NCBI GenBank assembly: GCA_963702425.1
Contig: CAVPCQ010000037.1
Location: 128,001 to 192,000, forward strand
Length of the DNA stretch: 64,000 nucleotides
From: an uncultured Acidobacteriota bacterium
Lineage (GTDB): Bacteria; Acidobacteriota; Polarisedimenticolia; J045
Reading direction: 5' to 3'
A program made the position numbers and the translations under genes. Positions 10,557 to 18,521 of the stretch are shown in pieces. Below the pieces are notes generated by a model. The model was not told the DNA's origin. It did no database searches and saw only the letters and a list, made by a program, of their open reading frames with translations. How positions within the stretch are numbered: position 1 is the first letter of the stretch; every line of letters starts with the position of its first letter.

Positions 10557-11153
10557 ATGTCCCGCTCGAACAAGCCGGCCTTCGACCGCGCCGTGGCGGC
10601 GCTCGCGCACCGGGCGCTGAGCCTCGACGAGCTGCGCCAACGCCTGGCGCGGGCCGGCCACCCGCGCGAAGAGATCGACGCCGCACTGAACCGCCTGGCG
10701 GAACTGCAGCTCGTGGACGACCGGGCGGTTGCCTATGATCACGCCCGCTCGCGCGCCGCCGCCGGACGAAAGGGCCCGGCGCGCGTGCGGGCCGAGCTCG
10801 CAGCGCGCGGGATCCGGGGCGCCGACGCCGAGGGGGCGGTCGCCGCGGCGTTCGGCGAGGAGGGAGTTGCCGCCGCCGCCGCGCAGGCGTTCGCACGCTT
10901 CTCGCGCGGGATGCCGCGGCCGCTCGCGGCACCGGAACGCGCCCGGGTCGCGGCCCGCCTCGCGCGGGCCGGCTTCCCGGCGGCGATCATCCGGTCGCTC
11001 CTGGCATCGGACGGTGCCGGCGCCGCTGCCGCTGCCGCCGACGACGGCGCCGAGCACGGCGGCGACCCCGCGGTCGACGAACTGCTCCTCGACGGCTTCG
11101 ACGAGGAGTCGGGCGAGGATGAACCGGGCGTCCTGCGCGACGCCGAGGACTGA
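10557..11153 (+). CDS. recX: Regulatory protein RecX
   Basis: LAHRALSLDELRQRL, LVDDRAVA, KGPARVRAELAARGI, LARAGF; directly upstream of alaS, the usual recX-alaS synteny. Confidence 0.85.
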   Translation: MSRSNKPAFDRAVAALAHRALSLDELRQRLARAGHPREEIDAALNRLAELQLVDDRAVAYDHARSRAAAGRKGPARVRAELAARGIRGADAEGAVAAAFGEEGVAAAAAQAFARFSRGMPRPLAAPERARVAARLARAGFPAAIIRSLLASDGAGAAAAAADDGAEHGGDPAVDELLLDGFDEESGEDEPGVLRDAED

Positions 11154-11158
11154 CCACC

Positions 11159-13810
11159 ATGCATTCCCGTGACGTGCGCCGGACGTTCCTCGATTTCTTT
11201 GCCCGGCAGGGCCACCAGGTCGTGCCCTCCTCGCCGCTCGTGCTCCCGACGGACCCGTCGCTGCTCTTCGCGAACGCCGGGATGAACCAGTTCAAGGAGG
11301 TCTTCCGCGGGCACGACCACCGCCCCTACCGCCGCGCGGCCTCGTCGCAGAAATGCCTGCGCGTCTCCGGCAAGCACAACGACCTCGAGGAGGTGGGCCG
11401 CACCCCGCGGCACCACACCTTCTTCGAGATGCTCGGGAACTTCTCCTTCGGCGACTACTTCAAGCGCGAGGCGATCGCCTGGGGCTGGCAGCTGATGACG
11501 GAGGTCTACGGCCTGCCCGCCGAGCGCCTCCACGCGACGGTCTTCGCCGGCGACGACGATTTTCCCGGGGACGAGGAGGCGGCGCGCTTCTGGGAGAGCG
11601 AGGCCGGTGTCCCGGCGTCCCGGGTCACGGCCATGGGGCGCAAGGACAACTTCTGGCAGATGGGGGACACCGGTCCCGCCGGGCCGTGCAGCGAGATTCA
11701 CATCGACCTCCGCCCGCACGACCCGGTGCCGGCCACGCCGGCGACCGATCCCGAGCGCTTCATGGAGCTCTGGAACCTGGTCTTCATGCAGTTCGACCTG
11801 CAGCCGGGCGGGAAGGTCGGGACACTCCCCGCCCCGTCGGTCGACACCGGCGCGGGGCTCGAGCGCGTGACGGCGGTGCTGCAGGGGGTCTCTTCGAACT
11901 ACGACACCGACCTGTTCCAGCCGATCATCCGGAGCGTGGCGGCGGAGGCCGGGGTCGAGTACGGCGCCGGCGGCGACGCGGACGTCTCGCTGCGCGTGAT
12001 CGCCGACCACCTGCGCGCGATCGCCTTCCTCGTTGCCGAGGGGATCATCCCCGGCCCGGAGAAGCGCGGTGCGGTGCTGCGCCGGATCATGCGCCGCGCG
12101 CTGCGCCACGGGCGGCTGCTCGGAGCGCCATCGCCCTTCCTGGCGCCGCACCTCGAGGATGTGGCCGCCGTGCTGGGCGACCAGTACCCCGAGTTGCGGG
12201 AGCACATGGGGACGATGCAGAAGGTCGTACGCCGCGAGGAGCAGCGGTTCGAGCGCACGCTGGCCGACGGCTTCGCGCTGCTCGACGGGCGGATCGACGC
12301 CGTGCTGCGGGAGAGCGGCCGGCGTTTCCCCGGCGACGAGGCGTTCCAGCTCGAGAGCGAGCGCGGGCTGCCGATGGACCTCGTGCGCGATGCGCTGGAG
12401 GAACGCGGGCTCGTGCTGGACGAGGCGGCCTACGAGGCGGCCCGGGCCCGCCACGTCGCGACCTCCCGCGTGCTCAAGGCGGACGACGGGGATCGCGTCG
12501 AGCTCGAGGTCCTGGCCCCGTGGCGCGGGCAGGGCTCGCGCTTCGTCGGGCGCGAGACGCTGCGGGTCGACGCCGCGCGCGTCGTCGGGCTGCTGAAGGA
12601 CGGGCGGCCGGTCGATCGGCTCGCCGTCGGCGAGACGGGCGACGCGATCTTCGACGAGTCGCCCTTCTACCCCGAGGCCGGCGGCCAGGTGGGCGATCAC
12701 GGCCTGCTCGTGGGCGGCGAGGCCCGGGCACGCGTGACCGGCGCCCACGCGCCGATCAGCGGCGTCACGCTGCACCGGGTGGACGTGGGGGAGGGGACGC
12801 TCGTCCCGGGTGCCGTCGTGGTGCTGGAGGTCGACGCCGCCCGGCGGCGCGCGATCATGCGCCACCACACCGCCACGCACCTGCTGCACGCCGCGTTGCG
12901 GCGGCAGCTCGGGACACACGTCCGGCAGGCCGGCTCGCTCGTCGAGCCGGAGCGGCTGCGCTTCGACTTCGCCCACTACGAGCCGGTGGAGCCCGAGGTG
13001 CTGCGCGACATCGAGGCCGAGATCAACGAGGCGGTGCTGGCCGACACCCCGGTCGAAACGGTCGAGATGCCGATCGACGAGGCCCTGGCGAGCGGCGCGA
13101 TGGCCTTCTTCGGCGATCGCTACGGCGACCGGGTGCGCGTCGTCCGGATCGGGGAGGTCAGCCTCGAGCTGTGCGGCGGGACCCACGTCCTGCGGACCGG
13201 CGAGATCGGGACCACGGTGCTGGGGAGCGAGCGCGGCGTGGCGGCCGGGGTGCGGCGGATCGAAGCGCTCTCCGGGATGGCGGCGCTGGCCCGGGCGCGC
13301 GAGGAGTTCGACCGCACGCGGGACATGGCGCAGGCGATGGGAGTCGCCTCGGACGCGATCGCCGAGGAACTCGGGCGCCGGCTCGAGGCCCTGCGTCGGC
13401 TGCGGCGCGAAAACGAGGACCTGCGGCTCGAGCTGGCCCACGGCGGAGCGGCGACCGACGCGCCGCCGGAGGAGGTCGACGGCCTCCAGGTCATCGCGCG
13501 CCGGGCCGACGGCCTGGCCAAGGGTCAGCGGCGCGACCTGCTCGATACGCTGCGCCAGCAGAACCCGCGGGCGGTCGTGGTGCTGGCCGCCGCCGACGAG
13601 GGGAAGGTCGCCCTGCTCGTCGGCACCGGGCGCGAGGTCGGGGATGCGGTCGATGCGCGGCTGGTCGTGAAGGCGCTGGCTGCGATCGCCGGCGGAGCGG
13701 GCGGCGGCGGCCGCCCCGACCTGGCCGAGGCTGGAGGTCGCAACCCGGAGTCGCTGCCCGAGGTGCTCGCGCGAGCGGCCGAGGCGGTGCGGGGGGCTCG
13801 CCACGGCTGA
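11159..13810 (+). CDS. alaS: Alanine--tRNA ligase
   Basis: DPSLLFANAGMNQFK, HHTFFEMLGNFSFGDYFK, DTGAGLER, HHTATHLLH, ELCGGTHV, GGGRPDLAEAGG. Confidence 0.98.
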   Translation: MHSRDVRRTFLDFFARQGHQVVPSSPLVLPTDPSLLFANAGMNQFKEVFRGHDHRPYRRAASSQKCLRVSGKHNDLEEVGRTPRHHTFFEMLGNFSFGDYFKREAIAWGWQLMTEVYGLPAERLHATVFAGDDDFPGDEEAARFWESEAGVPASRVTAMGRKDNFWQMGDTGPAGPCSEIHIDLRPHDPVPATPATDPERFMELWNLVFMQFDLQPGGKVGTLPAPSVDTGAGLERVTAVLQGVSSNYDTDLFQPIIRSVAAEAGVEYGAGGDADVSLRVIADHLRAIAFLVAEGIIPGPEKRGAVLRRIMRRALRHGRLLGAPSPFLAPHLEDVAAVLGDQYPELREHMGTMQKVVRREEQRFERTLADGFALLDGRIDAVLRESGRRFPGDEAFQLESERGLPMDLVRDALEERGLVLDEAAYEAARARHVATSRVLKADDGDRVELEVLAPWRGQGSRFVGRETLRVDAARVVGLLKDGRPVDRLAVGETGDAIFDESPFYPEAGGQVGDHGLLVGGEARARVTGAHAPISGVTLHRVDVGEGTLVPGAVVVLEVDAARRRAIMRHHTATHLLHAALRRQLGTHVRQAGSLVEPERLRFDFAHYEPVEPEVLRDIEAEINEAVLADTPVETVEMPIDEALASGAMAFFGDRYGDRVRVVRIGEVSLELCGGTHVLRTGEIGTTVLGSERGVAAGVRRIEALSGMAALARAREEFDRTRDMAQAMGVASDAIAEELGRRLEALRRLRRENEDLRLELAHGGAATDAPPEEVDGLQVIARRADGLAKGQRRDLLDTLRQQNPRAVVVLAAADEGKVALLVGTGREVGDAVDARLVVKALAAIAGGAGGGGRPDLAEAGGRNPESLPEVLARAAEAVRGARHG

Positions 13811-13876
13811 GCGCCCCCGGCCGAGCGCTGCGACCGGACGGCCTGCCGTCTCGGAACCTACATTCGATCCCGGGAC

Positions 13877-14473
13877 ATGGGACTCCGGGACTCTGCAAGG
13901 CTCCGCGCCGTTCGGCGCGTGTCGGCGGCGTTCGCCGCGGCCTGTGGCGTGCTGTTCGTCTTCGCCACGGCGTTCGCGTCTCCCGCCGCTACGCGGTCGG
14001 CGGCGATCGGAAAGCCCTACCAGCTGCTCATCGAACGGACCGCCGAGCGCCACCAACTCGATCCGCTGCTGCTGGCGGCGCTGGTCGAGGTCGAGTCGGG
14101 GCGCGACGCGGAAGCCGTCTCGCCCAAGGGGGCGCGCGGACTGGGCCAGCTGATGCCGGCCACGGCCCGCCGCTTCGACGTCGGCGACGTTCACGATCCG
14201 GCGGAGAACCTCGACGGCGCGGCGCGCTATCTGGCCTGGTTGATCGAGCGCTATCAGGGCGATCTGACCCTCGCGCTCGCCGCGTACAACGCAGGGGAGG
14301 GTGCGGTCGACCGGCACCTCGGCGTCCCCCCTTACCCCGAGACGAAGGCGTACGTGCGGAAGGTGCTCGTCCGGGCCGGCCTCCGGGAGGGGGCGACGCG
14401 GCGCAGGGGTCCCGACCCGGTGCGGCTCTTTCGGCAGCCCGACGGGACCGTCCTCATCTCCAACCTCAAGTAG
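13877..14473 (+). CDS. Lytic transglycosylase (SLT domain)
   Basis: VEVESG, AVSPKGARGLGQLMPATA, ALAAYNAGEGAV, PPYPETKAYV. Confidence 0.92.
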   Translation: MGLRDSARLRAVRRVSAAFAAACGVLFVFATAFASPAATRSAAIGKPYQLLIERTAERHQLDPLLLAALVEVESGRDAEAVSPKGARGLGQLMPATARRFDVGDVHDPAENLDGAARYLAWLIERYQGDLTLALAAYNAGEGAVDRHLGVPPYPETKAYVRKVLVRAGLREGATRRRGPDPVRLFRQPDGTVLISNLK

Positions 14474-14581
14474 GCGCGGAGCCCGACCGGAGCCCCGACA
14501 GCCCGCATGACGCTCCTGTAAGTCCAGCCGCCCGCGCACCCCCGCAGTCCGCCGTCTCCGGCCTGGCACAAGGAGTTTTCC

Positions 14582-14609
14582 TTGCCGCCCCGCGCCGCCA
14601 GCGTACTTT
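14582..14609 (+). promoter_or_regulatory. Putative promoter of lipoprotein pair 1
   Basis: TTGCCG-N16-TACTTT; same architecture (cTTGCCG...gcgTA) as the promoter before pair 2. Confidence 0.5.
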
Positions 14610-14774
14610 TCCGGCCGGACCGGGGGGGACCGCAAGGTCCCCTCTAGGCGTTTTCTCTCAGTCCGGAAAGGGGGTCGGTCGTCGGTCGGAGCGCGTGTCA
14701 TGAACCAGGAGAAAAACCGAGAGAGCTGATAGAGGAGTTCAGATCAGGAACCCAAGGGAAAAGGAGTCGAGTTC

Positions 14775-15614
14775 ATGAAGAAGCTTCTCTTCATCGCGCT
14801 ACTGGCGGCATTCTCGCTGGGCTGCGCGATCACCAACTACCCGGTGATCACGGATAGCAGCGGCGCCGTCGACAACGGGGTGATGACCGGCCAGTACGAT
14901 CTGGCCTACATCATTCCGACCAGCCAGATCGCGACGATCTGGGACGACGGCACCGACGAGCTGTTCACCCTCGTGTCCCAGGACTGGAAGGGTGACCAGT
15001 GGCTGAAGACCTACAACAACTACGATTCGACGGGTGCCGTCGTCTTCCTCGACCAGACCTACTGCGATCCGACGTTCGACAGCAGCTACTGTGCGATCGC
15101 CACGGCCTGGAACCCGGACCTCCCGGACGCCTACGTCCACGGCGATCAGGGCGCCGGATACAACAATCTCGACAATCCGTTCGACTACACCGCTGACCTC
15201 AGCTGCAACGGCGCCCGCTCGCTGTCGGTGCTCGTCTCCTACACGAGCCGGATCGGCGAGTGCGGCAGCGGCGTCTGGGCCGACAAGCAGGGCGCTGCCT
15301 ACGAGTTCAGCATCCTGGGGCGGACCAACTTCCGCGGCCGGAGCCTGTACCATATCCCGCTGGACAACACCGTGGCCTCGTTCTCGGTCAACGGCACGGA
15401 GATGCCGGTCTACGGCCGGTTCAACCTCTACGTCGACGATTACATGCGCACGGTGATCCCGGTGACCCCCAACGCCCGGTACCAGCTCAACGCGCTGGAC
15501 CGTGCGGTGCGGCGGGACGGCCACTTCCTCGACGTGGACATGACGTACGGCTCGCTGACCGCGAATTTCAAGATCTATGTCAGCACCGTCCAGAACGCGC
15601 TCGACCGGCTCTGA
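14775..15614 (+). CDS. Lipoprotein of unknown family, type A copy 1 (A1)
   Basis: Lipobox FSLG-C after MKK plus a hydrophobic stretch; RBS AAAAGGAG; paralogous to the next three genes. Confidence 0.9.
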   Translation: MKKLLFIALLAAFSLGCAITNYPVITDSSGAVDNGVMTGQYDLAYIIPTSQIATIWDDGTDELFTLVSQDWKGDQWLKTYNNYDSTGAVVFLDQTYCDPTFDSSYCAIATAWNPDLPDAYVHGDQGAGYNNLDNPFDYTADLSCNGARSLSVLVSYTSRIGECGSGVWADKQGAAYEFSILGRTNFRGRSLYHIPLDNTVASFSVNGTEMPVYGRFNLYVDDYMRTVIPVTPNARYQLNALDRAVRRDGHFLDVDMTYGSLTANFKIYVSTVQNALDRL

Positions 15615-15632
15615 GCGGGAAAAGGAGAACTG

Positions 15633-16433
15633 ATGAAAAAGCTCCTGCTCAGCGCCCTCGTACTCGCCCTCGCAGCCGCCGGCTGCGCGGTGACCGACTA
15701 CCCCGTCATCACCGATGACCGGGGCAGCTACAGCGGCATCATCCGGACCGGCCACAAGGCCTACGTCGTGCCGACCTCGCAGATCGCGACGATCTGGGAC
15801 GACGGTTCGGACGAGCTCTTCTCGATGGTCTACCAGAACCAGTACGGAGACCAGAAGCTCTACACCTTCAACAACTTCGATCCGACGGCGTCGGTCCTGT
15901 TCCTGGACCAGACCTACTGCGACTGGCGCTACGATGATTGCGAAATCGTCCGCGCGTGGAATCCGGCCAACTCCAACATCGACAACCCGTTCGACTACGA
16001 GTTCTTCCCGGACTGCTCCGGGGCGCGCTCGCTGTCGCTGCTGATCAGCCAGAGCAGCCGTCTCGCCGAGTGCGGCGACAAGCTCCCGATGGCCGACAAG
16101 CAGGGCGTCATGGCCGAGTTCGCCAACCTCGCGACCACCACGTGGCGCGGCGGGGTGGCCTACGTGCTGCCGATCAACGCCGAGAACACCTCGGTCAGCC
16201 TGAACGGGGTGAGCATGCCGCTCTACGGGCAGTTCACGACGATCGTCACCGGCAGGATGGACCTGGTCGTTCCGGCCACCCCGAACCTCCGCCACGAGCT
16301 GCGCTGGCTGGCGGATTACGTCGCGAAGAACGGCAACCAGGCGAGCGTGTCGCTGACTTACGGTTCGGTCAGCGCCAACCTCGACATGGCGTTCTCCGCG
16401 AGCGGGATCAACTACAACCTCAATCGCTTCTGA
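15633..16433 (+). CDS. Lipoprotein of unknown family, type B copy 1 (B1)
   Basis: Lipobox AAAG-C; RBS AAAAGGAG; shares SQIATIWDDG, FLDQTYCD and C.GARSLS with type A. Confidence 0.9.
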   Translation: MKKLLLSALVLALAAAGCAVTDYPVITDDRGSYSGIIRTGHKAYVVPTSQIATIWDDGSDELFSMVYQNQYGDQKLYTFNNFDPTASVLFLDQTYCDWRYDDCEIVRAWNPANSNIDNPFDYEFFPDCSGARSLSLLISQSSRLAECGDKLPMADKQGVMAEFANLATTTWRGGVAYVLPINAENTSVSLNGVSMPLYGQFTTIVTGRMDLVVPATPNLRHELRWLADYVAKNGNQASVSLTYGSVSANLDMAFSASGINYNLNRF

Positions 16434-16456
16434 CCCTGTCCGACGCGCCGATCGAC

Positions 16457-16492
16457 GGGGGCGGCTCCGCGAGGAGCCGCCCCTTTTTCTTT
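16457..16492 (+). terminator. Rho-independent terminator after pair 1
   Basis: GGGGCGGCTCC-GCGA-GGAGCCGCCCC then TTTTTCTTT. Confidence 0.9.
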
Positions 16493-16631
16493 GGTCCGAG
16501 GCCGTTCCGGCAGAACCGGGACCGGGCTGGACCACCGTTGGGGCCCGAAAACTAACTAACAGTTACCGATTGAGAAGTAAACGCGATGGCCGTCCGGGTG
16601 AAACCCCGCGAGTGGCGCGGGAAAAAACTGC

Positions 16632-16659
16632 TTGCCGAGCCCCCGGGTCGGCGTAGATT
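16632..16659 (+). promoter_or_regulatory. Putative promoter of lipoprotein pair 2
   Basis: TTGCCG-N16-TAGATT preceded by an A-tract (GAAAAAA). Confidence 0.55.
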
Positions 16660-16800
16660 CCGCTCGGTTCAGTTGATCGAGTCGCAATCCAGGGAGACGC
16701 ATACTGGAGAAAGGGGGTAGTTAGTCGGGTTGAGCGCGCACGTTGAACTGGTAGAGAGACGGAAACCAAGTCAGGTAACCAAGGGAAAAGGAGTCAATCC

Positions 16801-17637
16801 ATGAAGAAGCTTCTCTTGATCGCCCTGCTCGCGGCTTTCTCGCTGGGCTGCGCGATCACGAACTATCCGGTGATCTTCGACAGCCGGGGCGCCGATGACG
16901 GCGGGGTGATGACCGGTCAGTACGATCTCGCTTACATCAGCACCTCCCAGATCGCGACGATTTGGGATGACGGCACGGACGAGCTGTTCACCCTCGTGTC
17001 GCAGGACTGGAAGGGCGACCAGTGGCTGAAGACCTATAACAACTACGATCCGACGGGCGCGGTCACCTTCCTCGACCAGACCTACTGCGATCCGACGTTC
17101 GACAGCAGCTACTGCGCGATCGTCACCGCCTGGAATCCGGACCTTCCGGAGGCCTACGTGCACGGCGACCAGGGTGCTGGCTACAACAACATCGACAACG
17201 TCTTTGACTATACGTTCGACACGAGCTGCAACGGCGCCCGCTCGCTCTCCCTGCTGGTCTCCTACACCACCCGCTACGGCGAGTGCGGCAGCAGCGTCTG
17301 GGCCGACCGGCAGGGTGCGGCCTACGAGTTCAGCCTGCTCGACAAGGTCAACTTCCGCGGCAAGAGCGTTTACCACATCCCGGTCGACAGCACCGTGGCT
17401 TCCTTCACGGTCAACGGGACCGAGATGCCGATCTACGGCCGGTTCAACATGTACATGAACGACAAGCTCCAGGTCGCCATGCCCATGACCCCGAATGCTC
17501 GCTACCAGCTCAACGCGATCAACCGGATCATCGAGCGCGACGGCCACTTCATGGACGTGAACATGACCTACGGCTCGCTGAATGCGAACTTCAAGGTCAA
17601 CGTGACCACCGTCCAGAATGCGCTCGACCGGCTGTGA
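16801..17637 (+). CDS. Lipoprotein of unknown family, type A copy 2 (A2)
   Basis: Close paralog of A1 (near-identical signal peptide, same TVQNALDRL end); RBS context CCAAGGGAAAAGGAGTC shared with A1. Confidence 0.9.
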   Translation: MKKLLLIALLAAFSLGCAITNYPVIFDSRGADDGGVMTGQYDLAYISTSQIATIWDDGTDELFTLVSQDWKGDQWLKTYNNYDPTGAVTFLDQTYCDPTFDSSYCAIVTAWNPDLPEAYVHGDQGAGYNNIDNVFDYTFDTSCNGARSLSLLVSYTTRYGECGSSVWADRQGAAYEFSLLDKVNFRGKSVYHIPVDSTVASFTVNGTEMPIYGRFNMYMNDKLQVAMPMTPNARYQLNAINRIIERDGHFMDVNMTYGSLNANFKVNVTTVQNALDRL

Positions 17638-17674
17638 TAGACGGAACCTTGAGCAGGATAAAAGGAGCGAGACC

Positions 17675-18466
17675 ATGAAGAAGCTGATTCTTTGCGCGGT
17701 CGTCCTCGCGTTCTTGGCGGCGGGCTGCGCGGTCACTGATTACCCGATCATCACCGATGACCGGGGCAGCTACAGCGGCATCATCCGCACGGGCCACAAG
17801 GCCTGGATCCAGATCTCTCAGATTGGAACGATCTGGGACGACGGAACGGACGAGATCTTCAACATGGTTTACCAGAATCAGTATGGTGACCAGAAGCTCT
17901 ACTCGTTCAACAATTTCGATCCGACCGGGTCGGTGATCTTCCTCGACCAGACCTACTGCGACTGGCGCTACGAGGGCTGCGAGATCACCCGTTCCTGGAA
18001 CCCCGCGAACCCCAACGTCGACGTCATCTTCGACTACGAGTTCTTCCCGGATTGCTCCGGTGCCCGTTCGCTCTCCCTCCTGGTCTCCTACACGACCCGG
18101 TACGGCGAGTGTGGTGACAAGTGGTCCAACATCCAGGACAAGGCCGCCGAGTTCGCCAACCTCGCCACGACCACCTGGCGCGGTGGCACGGCCTACGTGA
18201 TCCCGATCAACGCCGAGACCACGTCGGTGTCGCTGAATGGCGTGACCATGCCGATCTACGGCCAGTTCACCGCCTTCATCACCGACAAGAACAACACCGT
18301 CTTCCCGATGACTCCGAATGCCCGTCACGAGATCGCCTGGCTGAGCAACTACGTTGCCGAGAACGGCAATCAGGCCAACGCGACGATCACCTTCGGATCG
18401 GTCAGCGCCAACTTCAACATGGCGTTCGCGACGGACGGTCTCACCAACAACCTGAACCGGTTCTGA
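17675..18466 (+). CDS. Lipoprotein of unknown family, type B copy 2 (B2)
   Basis: ATG 17675 after AAAAGGAG; lipobox LAAG-C; close paralog of B1, ending NLNRF. Confidence 0.9.
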   Translation: MKKLILCAVVLAFLAAGCAVTDYPIITDDRGSYSGIIRTGHKAWIQISQIGTIWDDGTDEIFNMVYQNQYGDQKLYSFNNFDPTGSVIFLDQTYCDWRYEGCEITRSWNPANPNVDVIFDYEFFPDCSGARSLSLLVSYTTRYGECGDKWSNIQDKAAEFANLATTTWRGGTAYVIPINAETTSVSLNGVTMPIYGQFTAFITDKNNTVFPMTPNARHEIAWLSNYVAENGNQANATITFGSVSANFNMAFATDGLTNNLNRF

Positions 18467-18492
18467 TCTAGCACCGCGCGCTCAAACTGACG

Positions 18493-18521
18493 GGGGCGGC
18501 CCTTCGGGGCCGCCCCTTTTT
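18493..18521 (+). terminator. Rho-independent terminator after pair 2
   Basis: GGGGCGGCCC-TTCG-GGGCCGCCCC then TTTTT. Confidence 0.9.

Noticed and set aside
14620-14700. Riboswitch (e.g. c-di-GMP) in the pair-1 leader
   Set aside because: Only one clear GCAA-capped hairpin; the consensus two-stem architecture could not be matched by eye.
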